Position numbers and translations under genes: made by a program. The notes beneath the pieces were generated by a model. That model ran no database searches and was not told the origin of the DNA. It saw only the letters and a list, made by a program, of their open reading frames with translations. 64,000 bases of DNA, taken from positions 806,001-870,000 of the forward strand of contig JBLDXI010000045.1 in assembly GCA_047495785.1 (NCBI GenBank), in the 5' to 3' direction. This document shows positions 28,048-40,816 of this stretch, piece by piece. The DNA is from Lepidodermella squamata (taxonomy: Eukaryota; Animalia; Gastrotricha). Positions within the stretch are counted from its first letter, which is position 1, and each line of letters starts with the position of its first letter.

Positions 28048-29690
28048 ATGGATCGCAAATGGGGTATATTTCTTCTCATTTCAACGTTCGGCATTATGCT
28101 TATGCTGTTACAATCAACACTGATGGGGACTAAGAGCGTCATTGATATCGTACGATCCGCGGCCTATGACGACAATGCCGATCCAGTGCAACAGCAAGCG
28201 ACTTATGCCGATGAAATTCATGAAAACAGCATTATTAAATCGTAAGCTAATTCGCGTCTCTTGTTGATCTTTCTCAAATTTTCCTGTTCTCCCATATAGG
28301 AATCTTGCGCTTCAATATCCGCAAACTGAATTTATGAATTCCAGTTCCTTATCTAAATTGAGCGATTCATTCGGAGCAAAATCAAACGCGAGTGATTTAC
28401 TGGTCATATTGCTGTGGACAAATTTATTCCACCGAACTGATTGGGCTCTTGGCGAACAGTTGGGGCAAGAGCCGTTCAAAAAGCTCAAATGTCCCGTGTC
28501 AAACTGCTACGTTACAAGTGATCGAGCTTATCTCAACAACGCCTCAGCTGTCTTAGTAAATTTCAGAGATGACTTCAATATGAAGTAAAATTATCTAAAT
28601 TTTGCCTTGTCGGATATTGTTGATTCCGTTTTTGTTTTAGTGATAGACCCAAGCTCAGACCGCCCAATCAACATTGGATCTTTTTCCTATGGGAGTCGCC
28701 GGAGCATACCTATCATTGGGTTTGGCAGGATAGTATGAAAGCCTATCCGCATCTCAAAGACTTCGGAGGTTTCTTCAACTGGACTATGACTTATCGGTAG
28801 GCTATATTTTCGACGATATCGCTTGAAATTCCTCATTGTTTATTGTAATATAGGATAGATTCAGATATTCCTTTCCTTTACGGAAGATTTTTGCTCAAAC
28901 CTCAACCTGACCCGAGCCAAAGAAGTATCGATCGATTAGGATCGAGGAAACGAAATGTTATATGGATTCAAAGTAACTGTAATACCCGTTCGCATCGAAA
29001 CGAATTTGTACAAGAACTTCAGCGATACATCGACGTCGATGTGATTGGAGGATGTGCCCCCAGCTCTAATAAACAACTAACCGAAGGCATCTGTAAACGG
29101 CCGGATGTATTCAAGCCGATGACAGAGGAATGCTTCAATTACATAAAATCAACTTATCGCTACTATCTAGCGACTGAAAACTCGCTTTGCCGAGATTATG
29201 TGACGGAAAAGTTTTTCAGAGGCGCTACCCTTGATCTCATCCCTGTGGTTTACAACGCGGTCAACATGTCACTTTTCGGGCCTCCAATGTCTTACATCGA
29301 CTCGAAAAATTACGCCTCGCCGAAATTATTAGCTGAGGATTTGATAGCGGTGAGAAAATGTCTCTTGTCCCAAATCAATTTTTTTATATAATTTATGTTT
29401 AGATTTCCGAAGACCCTAGTAGATACAACTCGTATTTTCAATGGCGGGAGCATTACACAGTGGAAAATCTGTGGGATAAAGACGCTTTCGCTCGAACTTT
29501 CTGTGATCTATGCGCCAAGGTGACTATGGCAAATTTAGAACCTGAGCGGCATCAAAAAGTTTACTCGGACATTGACGACTGGTGGATGACGAAAGGATCG
29601 TGCATCGAAGGGAAAAAGCAATACAAATCTCGTTACCTCACGCGGAATTTGCTCTCCTTATTCGCGTCTTCAACTACCAAACAAAAATGA
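28048..29690 (+). CDS. Alpha-1,3/4-fucosyltransferase (GT10) paralogue 3, 5 coding exons
   Basis: Same motifs (WESPEH, FNWTMTYR|IDSDI, YRYYLATENSLCRDYVTEKFF, FCDLC); four GT-AG introns. Confidence 0.95.
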
Positions 29691-29886
29691 GTAGCAGCAG
29701 CTAAATAATCTCGATATAAATTATTCAGAATATACGGCTCTCTTTTGTTTCAACACCTTATTCGATATTCGGCCCGTTTTGGCCGCGCTTACAAGATCAT
29801 AAATAGTGAATGAAACCCGGTAGAGTGGGCCAGAGACACGCGTATATTTATGTATTCGAAGGAAACTCGATTCTTACAATAAAACC

Positions 29887-31344
29887 ATGTTTCGTATGAA
29901 AATTATATTGAATAAATTCGTCGTTATTTTTCCATTTTTCGCGCTATTTTTCATCGCAATCTTTTTTATACCCGAAAATTACGTTCAAACCCGAATTCCT
30001 CATCGATCGTCGAAACGAAGTATTGTTAACTCGTCAATAACTCTCCGAAATAATGTTACTTGGAATGCAACTATCATCTCTAATCCTGTCCATCAAAAAC
30101 TTCCATTTCAATTTCCGTACAGCGAATTCGGAAATGTGACCCATCTGAAGCTAATCGAACAGAAGTTTTTGAACAAATCGGACGATTTACTCATCATCCT
30201 ACTTTGGACCAGTTTATTCGGCAGGAAAGACTGGGGTCTCGGTAGCGACCTTGGACAGGCCCCGTTTTTACGCATGAAATGTCCTATCTCAAATTGTTTT
30301 GTTACAACCGATCGATTTTACCTTCCAACTGCATCAACCGTTGTTGTAAATTTTCGGGATGATTTGAGCAGCACGTAAGCTATGAAATAATCGTTTTCCG
30401 ATTTTACCAATATTTTATAGAGATAAGCCAAAAATTCGACCGCCTAGCCAACATTGGGTTTTCTTTCTATGGGAAAGTCCTTACTATACCTACGACTATA
30501 CCTGGGACAAAGGCCTAGAAAGCCATCCTTTTCTGCGGAATTTTTTCAATTGGACAATGACCTACCGTCTCGATTCAGATATTCCATTCCTTTTTGGGCG
30601 GTTTGAACGAAAGAAAACTAGCAAAACGCCACCGTCAAGATTCAAAGTCGACCGTCTTACTGGTAAGACGAAAAGTGCTGTTTGGCTGGAATCATTCTGC
30701 GGAGCTGTTTCGAAACGCGAGGCGTTTGTTCATGATTTGAGGAAATACATCGATGTCGACATGATCGGGCAATGCGGGTCGAACCCTGATGCGAATCTAA
30801 CAGAGGGTGTCTGCAAACGAAACAGCGTCTTCGATCCGATGAGTAAGGAATGCCTCGATTACATCAATTCGACGTATCGCTACTATTTGGCGACAGAAAA
30901 TTCACTTTGTCGCGATTATGTGACGGAGAAATTTTTTCGTGGTGCTTCGTTGAACTTGATCCCTATTGTTTATAACGGAGCGGACATGTCTCAATTCGGC
31001 CCGCCCCATTCCTATATCGATGCCAAGGATTATTCTTCCGCTAAGGAACTAGCCGCAGCAATGCACGAGGTATAGGATACTCAACATTTAATTTCATATT
31101 TTAACGATTTTTTAATTAGATTGCTAACGATACTGCCAGGTATAATTCTTATTTTCGTTGGAAAAATCATTATTCGGTGGAAAATTTCTGGGATCGAGAC
31201 GGCTTCACGCGGAACTTCTGCGATTTATGCGCAAAAACAGTAATGGCTAGAATGGAACCTGAGAAGCATCGGAAAACCTATGATGACCTATACGATTGGT
31301 GGGTAACTAAAGGGTCTTGCTATCCAGGCAAAACAGAAATTTAA
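29887..31344 (+). CDS. Alpha-1,3/4-fucosyltransferase (GT10) paralogue 4, 3 coding exons
   Basis: TM, ILLWT, WESPY, NWTMTYRLDSDI, YRYYLATENSLCRDYVTEKFF, FCDLC; two introns. Confidence 0.95.
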
Positions 31345-31525
31345 CCTGAGTCTCTCTCACGTATGAGCGGTCATTTTTCGCCGCCATCTGCTTTGTGTCT
31401 TAAGCCGGGCCACGCGATGCTGGAAACAAAGAAAAGCGTGCCGCGTTTAAAAGAATATTTCAGCTGAAATAAAATAAACACTACGCTCCGTTTCATTCAC
31501 ACATGCGTTATTTTTGTCGACTATC

Positions 31526-33375
31526 ATGAATAGCATTATTTCGCATTGCCTCATTGCAGGCATCTCAATTTGGGTCATGTTTATTCTTCAGGGTCATCTC
31601 GATTTCGAAGATGGTACTCGTAAGTCATCGATGATCAGTTTTCGTATTTTCTGTGCCCCGGGATCGAATTTTTTCACCTTTAGCGGTTCATTTTTTATCA
31701 TAGGTTCCGAAACTTGAAATTTGATGTTTCAGAAATATTACTGCCACTATTGTTTAGTGATTCATGAACTCAATTTATAGATTATGAGCAGACCTCGAGC
31801 AATCAAAAAGTTGAACCTAAATCTGCCCGAGAAGGCCCATCCTGGCTGGTGCTTTTGGAAATTCACCGAAGCACAACTTTGAACTACGATGTTTGCAGTG
31901 CTGCGGTTATTTCTCGCGATCTGCTGCTAGCGTCAGCTCATTGTTTTTCCAACAAGTTTGAGATAACAGGGTAATTTCCAATGAATTTCAGAGAATTATT
32001 ATGTTATTATCATTTAACGCAGACTTTTAGCCTTTTTTGGCCCGTCCGAATCTCGCGGCTTCTACAAGTACCGGCGATTGATAAATACAGCAAATATCTA
32101 CGTAGAAAATGATTTCGCTTTCATTCACATGGAACCAGCAATTATTTTCGACGACCAAATTCAACCTATTGCTATTCCAATCGAGAATATCGCTGAAAAA
32201 TGTCGCGAAGGAGGCCCCGCTGCTGTCGATGGGTGCCGCAATTCAACAGTTACCGGCTACCACCTCAATAAAGGTAGTTAAATTCTATTTCGTTCCGCAA
32301 TTTTCCTAATTCTGCTATTATAGAACTGGATCGATATCAGGAATTTTCGATGAAAATTAATTTTGGATCCGATTGCACCTCATTTTACGGCTCATCGGAT
32401 TCTAATAATTCAGTGGGCGATTTGATCGTATGTAACTTCAACGGAACTGAAAAATTAGTTGGCATCGCTTGGTCCAGTTCCAACTTCACTCGAATTTCCA
32501 AGTCGGCCGAGTTGATCAACAGAACTCTGGAAAATGGGGTGATAACTGCTTCCCGGGATTACACACATTTGATGCGGGCAATTAAAGACTCGGCCGATGC
32601 TGACACCATTGCAATTTTGCTGCGATATGGCGCAGCCGATTCGATAAATGCGAAACTCGGCGATGGCTGGACGGCTTTGAGGTTCGCTATCGAAGCTCGA
32701 AATCCGCAGATAGTCGAATTGCTACTTCAAAACGGCGCTAAGAAAACAGTGAACGACAAATCCGTCGACGGCTATTCATGTCTTCGAGTTGCGGCTAATG
32801 ACGACGAAGTGGAAATTGTTCGAATTCTCGCGGAGAATGGCGCCGATGTTAATGAAGCTATCAACGACGATCGGACCCTCTTGATGACAACGATTTTGAA
32901 CAGCAATAACGCTGAGATAGTTCACACGCTGCTGATGAATGGCGCGAATGCTTCTGTCAACGCGAAGACGCTCGATAATGGAACAGCTTTAAGAATGGCG
33001 GTGGAGAAACAAAATTACGAAATTGCTCATCTTCTGCTCGAGTACGGCGCTACTGAATCTTTGAACGATACAGCAAGTGATGGCTTTTCAGTGTTGAGTT
33101 TGGCGGTTTCGCAAAATTCGAGCTCTGACATCATTCGCCTCCTGTTGGGCTACGGCGCCGATGCGAACGAGCGTTGGGATAATTCTGGCGCGACGGTGCT
33201 CATGAATGCGGTTCGCTCGACCAACAACACGGAGGTTGTTTCGGCTTTGCTAGACTACGGCGCCGAGATGTCGATCAATAGCCGCGATGACAGCGATCAC
33301 TCGGTGCTGATGTACGCCCTGGCGAATGGGAACTTAGAAATGGCCGATCTGCTCAAAAGTTACGGTGCTCAATGA
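31526..33375 (+). CDS. Signal peptide + degenerate trypsin-like (S1) domain + 8 ankyrin repeats
   Basis: Spliced product contains PSWLVLL..VCSAAVISRDLLLASAHC, NDFAFIHM..IQPIAIP and SVGDLIVC..LVGIAWS..FTRIS, then eight GxTALxxA...LLxYGA ankyrin repeats in the same last exon; three GT-AG introns in frame. Confidence 0.85.
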
Positions 33376-33924
33376 TTATTATTTGTGCTAAATTTTGATG
33401 AGTCATAATGTGAACTTTGCAAAAATAAAAGTTGAATCTTAAAAATACGTTAAAAGACCCTTCGTTTTTGCCGGTGACTTGCTTTTTAATGCCGTACGAT
33501 AACAACACAGGGTTTATTGTCGTGTTAAATTCCCCGTCTCCTATGAGCTTTCGAATGGCGCAAGTCCAAAAATGATTCGAGTAATACGTCATTTTTAGGA
33601 AATTTTAAAAGCAAGGCAACTCAAATGTCGATTTCTGACCCCCTCTCCCAAAAATAACATTTTAGGGCGTTGCGCTCAGTTATCGAAACAAAATGAAGAT
33701 TTTGCAGGGAATTTACCTGAAGTTTACGTGATAATCGGGCAATTTTGGACTGCGCATCAATGCGGCTGCGCAAAAATATATTTTTCTCAATTTCTTCGGA
33801 ATTTTTTTTTCAAATTTGACCCAAAGCTCAGAACATTCACAATGCCATTCCATATGCAAAAGAGCGCGTCCAGAATTGCCCGCTAATTGTTCAATTTTAG
33901 ATATTATTAATGTTTTCGATCATT

Positions 33925-34021
33925 CGGGAAGAACTTTGTCACGTAGTTTCTAAAGGACAATTTAAAAAAGAAAGGGGCACTCTATTTGTCCCTTAGAAAC
34001 CACGTGAAAAAGTTCTTCCCG
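33925..34021. repeat. Imperfect inverted repeat (about 37-bp arms, about 22-nt loop)
   Basis: cgggaagaactttgtcacgtagtttctaaaggacaaat ... atttgtcccttagaaaccacgtgaaaaagttcttcccg. Confidence 0.85.
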
Positions 34022-34580
34022 CGTCCCCATTCTTTTTAGGCCTATTACGGGACTTTTTTCAGAGTGATCCCCAAAAATCAGGTGAAAATCTTAAAATCTC
34101 CAAACTTTAACGATTAATCGGAATTCACTTTAACCTTCTTACAAAAAAGTCATCGATTTCTGAATCGGGGGACTGATTTTTAATTCTCGAAAAACATGGC
34201 ATTGTCCAAAATTACCCTCCCCTACTGCCCTCCAATTCCTTAAAAAAAGTACTCGACCAGTGATGTGGTATATTGGAGCTGAGTTCGCAGGGAAAAACAC
34301 TACCAAATGTTTAATCAAAAACAAAAGTGACATGTATTGGCGAGTAATTCCGACGCGGCAATCGATTTCACACACGTGTGATCACCACAGATTGAGTGAG
34401 ATAGCAGAGCATTTTGCCGATGTTGAATAATTGATGCTGAATAAAGGCTCTGGCGATAGATTATTTCCAGTCTGTGAGTAGCTGCATAATTTTTCACACC
34501 ACCGTTGTTATGCCGGAGTAAAAGCGATTATACGTAATTATTCAGGTTTCACCGCCTTTATTTTTTACAGCCACCAAGGA

Positions 34581-36066
34581 ATGAGGCTGATACCCGCCCG
34601 CATCCCCAAGTCGTGCTTCATCGCCTTGCTGTTGCTAGCGCTAGTGATGCTGGTCATCCACGTCAACCGCCTGCCAATTAGCATCAATGAAATCAAACGT
34701 TTTTATCAAATAAATGCCGATGTGCACATTGGAGATGTCGCAAGCACCTTGGTCGTTTCCCCGTCAAATGGCAGTGAAATCGACGGACTGGTACTCGAAG
34801 AATTCACGATATCTATCGACGATCTACCGAAAGCTTATCCAGCAGTGGGCGAGGACGATGTTGGAAAACAAACGAAATTAGCCGCTGTTACCAAAAATAA
34901 AGCCCCAGTGATCATTTTACTCTGGACAGCTCTATTCCACCGCGAGGATTGGGCGCACGGCGAGTTGGGTTCAAAGCCTTTCAAAAAGCTGAATTGTCCT
35001 GTTTCAAACTGTTTCGTGACTCGGGATCGAGCTTATCAGAAAAATGCTTCCGCAGTTGTAGTTCATTTTCGGGATGATTTTAAATACGAGTGAGATTTTA
35101 GTTTCCTTGAATTTTCATATTTTAATTTTGTAATTCAGCGACCGACCTGCCTTCAGACCTTTGGATCAGCTCTGGATTTTCTTCATGTGGGAATCGCCTG
35201 AGCACACGTATGACTGGACGTGGCAGGGCAGCCGCGCATCACCTCCAATTTTGAAGCATTTCGCTGGCTTTTTCAATTGGACAATGACGTATCGAGTTGA
35301 CTCTGACGTGCCAGCTATCTATGGCAGATTCCTGCTCAAGAAACACCCCAGCGATGACATCAACATCGATCGGTTGAAAGGCAAGAAAAAAAGCGTTGTT
35401 TGGGTTCAAACCAACTGCGATACGCGATCTCATAGGTAACACATTTTGAAATCAATATCTAGCAATAATCCTAAATTTTTCAGACGGGACTATGCTCAAG
35501 AGCTTCAAAAGCACATCGATGTCGAGATTATCGGATATTGCGGGTGGCAAGCAACAACTCCAGTTACTACCGGAGTTTGCAAGCGAACAAACGTGTTCTG
35601 GTCGACAACACCGCAATGCCGTAGCTACCTCAATTCTACCTTCAAATTCTTTCTAGCTGCCGAGAACTCACTCTGCGAAGATTATGTTACAGAAAAGTTC
35701 TACCGAGGCGCTCTTCTAGATGCGATTCCGATTGTTTACAACGGCGCTAATATGACTCGTTTTGCCCCTCCGCATTCTTATATTGACGCAAACGACTTCA
35801 AAAGCCCGAAAGAGCTAGCAGCCCATTTGAAGAAGCTAATGAACGACCCGGTGGCTTACAATTCCTATTTCTGGTGGAAGCGTTTTTACGATGTCGAACA
35901 CATGTGGGACGACGATACCTTTACGAAACATTTTTGCAAGCTATGCGAAAAAGTGACTGAGGCTCAAATCGATGCGAGCAAACACGCGCAGGTTTATTCA
36001 GATATCGAAAATTGGTGGATGACCCTGGGAAAATGTTACGAGGGAAAAACTAAATTCAACAGATAA
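34581..36066 (+). CDS. Alpha-1,3/4-fucosyltransferase (GT10) paralogue 5, 3 coding exons
   Basis: TM, ILLWT, WESPEH, FNWTMTYRVDSDV, FKFFLAAENSLCEDYVTEKFY, FCKLC. Confidence 0.95.
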
Positions 36067-37379
36067 TAATTATCGATCGCGATACTGTAATAATAATAGT
36101 TTTTTAGCAATTGTAACTTTTTATGACTGCCTCCTGTTGGTTTTGCGCCGAGTAAATAATGAGCGAATGTACCTTTTGTTTTACCGTTGTCGTAAAAAAA
36201 AAACGGGTCGTTAATTTTTCTGGATGGTGTTCTGGTGCACCGTAATACGCGGGGTGTTGAAGCAGAACAAAGAAAACGCGCTATTCATATAGCGGGCGGA
36301 TAATGGCGGTGATGATCATATACCTGTGATGATTAATGTGCCGATGATATGGACCTTGTACAATTAATTATACGCCCTTGTAGGCAAATACACACACCAG
36401 CGAGTGGTTTCAACCATCCCTCTTCAGAGAGAGATCTGGTAGCATTATCTGACCAAACAGGTTAACATTCGAGGTCGTTTTTTCCTCAACCAGGTGAATA
36501 AGCTGAATCAATTAGCCTAATGCGATTCTCCACCTGTCACTCGTCAACGTGATGTTCAAAGGCTTTATTCATGTTCCTCAAAAAGAAGCAATTTTATTGC
36601 CCAAACATCAGGTCATCAATTACTCAGCAATTTGACATATTAGCGATCATGAAAGGCTGCTTGTCTGACAGCGTTTTATTATTGTAACGTGCTGAAAAAA
36701 TACCGCAAGAGATCGGGTTATTATATGCGAGCGCTGATTTTTCAAAAATCGACAATAACTAATTGTTATTATATTGTTTATTTTGCCTGCTCGTTTTTCC
36801 GCAGCTGCGCGTGGTTTTTCCCAGCATCCCGCGTTCGATGTATTATAGGCGAAATTCATGCTATATTACCAGCCACAAGTCTTTTTAGTAAAAAGAAATC
36901 TTAGCGCTTCCGTACGTGCCTTAGCTATAGGTTTCATACTGGCAAGACGTAAACAAACAAATAGAACGACGTGAGCTATAGCAAACACGCCTGTCGATTT
37001 TTTCCTATATTATATCGCCAATATATTTCCAATCACTACTACCCATTACAGTTTCGAATTTCATCGCAAGTCTACTATATTTTTTTATTGCCGCCCTATA
37101 CGATATGAATTAGCGCGAATGAAATATCCGGCTTGCCCCTAATTGATTAAACTAACCGATATAACTAGCCGATACTTTTTTATAGGAGTCAAATCCGTCG
37201 CCGCGAGCCTCCGATTCAAATTAAGTAGCGCGGCGTCAACCAGTGCAAACTTACACTTAAATTTTCTACGCGAAAAATAACTATCATAATTTAACGATTA
37301 TTGGCAGAACTATTCGTTTTTTACTATTTAGATTTTTATGTAGTAATTTATCGAGACGTTTTTTTACATACTCAAGTCG

Positions 37380-38839
37380 ATGTTGTACTACTATCGACAT
37401 CGCAATTATTTTCTGACGTTTTTATGGTGGCTAATCCTGCTGATTCATGGCAATTGGGTACATGCTGGTAGAGCTCATCATCCTCGTACTTTTCACTACG
37501 ACCCGGAACATGAGCTTAGGATGAGACGGCGAGATTCGACTCCATCACCTTCAGACATTCCTTCTACGGCACAATTTTACTTTGTTGAGGTAATTTAACA
37601 AAATCCTCCTTAAAATTGTATTTTTTTTTTAATTTCAGCACTGTTCGTGGAACTGTGACAAATACTGGCTGAATTTGTGGTATCCCGGTGAAAAATCGAC
37701 CCCTCAAAATAAATCGAAACAGAGTAACAGGGTGAAAGCTTATGTAAATGAAAAGCTGTCAACTTCGTATCGAATGGCCGCGGTTCTTGATTTTGAGCCT
37801 TACAACTTCACCTTCAATTTCTACGGCCAGCAGATAAGTGATCGCGTTGTCATATCAACAGGCGGCTTTTTGCATGTTGGCGACGTTGTGAACCGGCATC
37901 ACATGACCCAGTCGCAATATATCGCACCTCTCATGGCGAACTTCGACTTTTCGGTGGAGGACTCGGATCCTAGCCGTCGATTGCTGTATTACATCAATGA
38001 CTCGATGTTGGTCGTGGAATGGCGAAATGTCTCACTTCAAGAGTATCCCGAGGAGCCTTTCATGTTTCAGGTCCAAGTCTACCGCAACGGCACTATTGTC
38101 TTGGCTTATTTCAATATTCCAGTATGATTTTTTAATTTAATATTCTAGTTTTTTAATTTCTGGCAATTTAATTTTTTTTAATCTTTAATTAATTAATTTA
38201 CTCCATTTTTTTAAGATTGAAGTGTACCGACTTCGGAAAACGAAGCACCCTGTCAAGGTCGGTATTTCAGATGGTTTTTTCAAGAACGAAGAATTCGCTA
38301 CCTCAAAGAAGAATCGAAGCGAAGTTGGCGTCAACTTTCAGGTCAAAATGATACCCTACTCAACCATTGAAGTCATGCCAAATAGCCGTCTTCGCTCGGC
38401 AACCGCCATAATCTTACGTCCGAACCTAGAGCTCGATTGTCTATCCCGTTCATCATGCGGAACTTGCTTACCCCTGGAAGAAGTTCTCTACAGCCCAGAC
38501 TTCGAGAGGACCCGAGTGAAATGTACGTGGTGCCCGAATCTCGGCCGGTGTTCCAGCGGTTACGACCGGCAACGGTCTGTTTGGTTGAAGGCAGAATGCA
38601 ACGTTCACAACGTTACGCAGATCCACAAATGCCCGTTCGACGTCGCGGATCCTGTGCAGCTTCAATACTTCGAACTGACCTCAGACATGCTTGTGCCTGT
38701 TGAGAGCTTAATGTTAGACAGCACCAACGCGACGGAGCACATCGTGACGCAGACATCCAGCGTCAACCTTCTGCCTTATTCAACAACTATTTTGATTCCG
38801 TTGGCTGCGTTGTTTCTATACTACTACTTTTACGACTGA
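37380..38839 (+). CDS. Plexin domain-containing protein (PLXDC/TEM7 family), 3 exons
   Basis: Signal peptide; FNFYGQ..ISTGGFL..QYIAPLMANFD; VEWRNV..FMFQV..NGTIVLAY; HPVKVGISDGF; PSI domain (C..SCGTC..CTWCPNLGRCSSGYDRQRSVW..C); C-terminal hydrophobic segment. Confidence 0.9.
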
Positions 38840-39097
38840 TCGACATGCTGTGTTTCTTAGAGTTTCAAAGCTTGATTGTGTTATTTATCACAAAACTCTT
38901 AGACCACATTTTTGCCTCGTATTGCAATAAAAAAAGACAGATGAGTTAGTCTCAAATATTGTCGCTCACTATCAGGTATAATTAGTACTGGGACAAGGGA
39001 TCTGGAAAAAATTGGCTGGGTAAACAAGGGCAGTTTGGAACAATGGTCATTCATCAGGTATTTGGGATATAACCGGGCGTATCATCTCGACTCAAAA

Positions 39098-40613
39098 ATG
39101 CGGCTATCTCTTTTGTCGGCATTAAAAAGCCTCTGCTTCCTTGCTAGCATCCTAATCGTCTATCTCTATTACACCAGTTATGAAGAAGAAAACGATTTGT
39201 TCAGTCAATCGCCTTCGACGGCAAGCTTCACGGAACATTTCGAGGTGCGCCGGCGGCGGAAAATGCCCGATCAGTATCCGCCGAGCCCATTCGCTAACAT
39301 TTCTCATCTATTGGAAATTCGTAATCGGTACAAGGCAAAATCTGATCGACTTCTAACGATTCTGCTATGGACGCCGCTGTTCAAACAATTCGATTGGTTT
39401 CTCGGGCCAGAGCTGGGTCAATTACCTTTTCAGGAAATGAACTGTCCTGTGGACAACTGCTTCGTAACCACAGACCGCGACTCATTTGCCACGTCCGATG
39501 CGGTCTTGATGAACTTTCGCGACAACTACGACTACTTGTAAGTTATTTTTTTCTGAAAATTATGACGTAAAACAATATGATATAGAGACGTGCCTTCAAA
39601 TTGGCCGCCAAATCAGCACTGGATATTTTTCAACTGGGAAAGTCCTGAACACACCTACGACGCGGCTTGGACTGACCAGCCCCTACCCATGCATCCATTT
39701 TTCAGGAATTTCTTCAATTGGACCATGACCTATAGGTAATAATTTTTCTTCAAGAAAGCTTGTTTATAGCTTCAATTGAATCTATAGATTAGATTCCGAC
39801 ATTCCATTCATGTATGGCCGTTTCGTCAAAAAGCAGCATATCGAGGACACATTTCATGTGGATTTAAAGCTTCATAGAAAGACAAAGAATTTAGTTTATA
39901 TCGAATCCAACTGCGGATCCGTTTCGAAACGAGACGAATTCGTACGTGAATTGCAACGTTACATCGACGTTGAGATAATCGGAGCTTGCGGGGAGCCGGT
40001 CAATCAAAACCTGACAGATGGAATCTGCAGCCGGCCCAGTGATTTCGAACTAATGACTCCTGAATGTACTGAATACCTCAGTTCGACCTACCGCTTCTAC
40101 CTGGCTACTGAAAATTCAATCTGCCGAGATTACGTAACCGAAAAGTTCTTTCATGCGGCTTCGATGGATCTAATTCCTGTGTATTACGGTGGAGCGAATA
40201 TGAGCCTATTTGCCCCACGTCACTCATTTATTGACACGAGAGATCACGAATCGCCTCAACAACTGGCTGATGCTTTGATCGCGGTATTGAATATCCGATT
40301 TTTTTAAAATATTTTATTCAATTTTTTTATGAAGATTTCGAAAGATCCATTGCTCTACCGGTCGTATTTCTGGTGGCGTCAGTTTTACAAAGTCGAAAAT
40401 ATGTGGGACCACTTGGCCTTCAAGCGCAGTTTTTGTGATTTGTGTGCGAAAGTTACTGAAGCCCATCTCGAGCCTGAAAAACACGCAAAAGTGTATGATG
40501 ACCTTTTCGACTGGTGGTTCATGAAAGGTGAATGCAAAGAAGGTCAAACGTGGAATGCCGATGAAGGCATCAGTGCGGAAATCGAACATTTTATCGATAA
40601 TTATTTCGCGTGA
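39098..40613 (+). CDS. Alpha-1,3/4-fucosyltransferase (GT10) paralogue 6, 4 coding exons
   Basis: TM, ILLWT, WESPEH, FNWTMTYR|LDSDI, YRFYLATENSICRDYVTEKFF, FCDLC. Confidence 0.95.
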
Positions 40614-40816
40614 ATAAAAGGAAATTACTGCCGTGATGTTTTATTTTAAAATCTGAATCGCGCCGTCATATTTCCGATAAGAAACAACGCACTAATTGCT
40701 TCGTAATAAGAATTGCCTCGTGATTTTCAGCCGATCATAGTTCAATAATAATCAGTCATCCGTTTTAGTTGATCATTTTTCTGCTTATTTTTGGTTGAAC
40801 ATTTTTGAATATAAAG

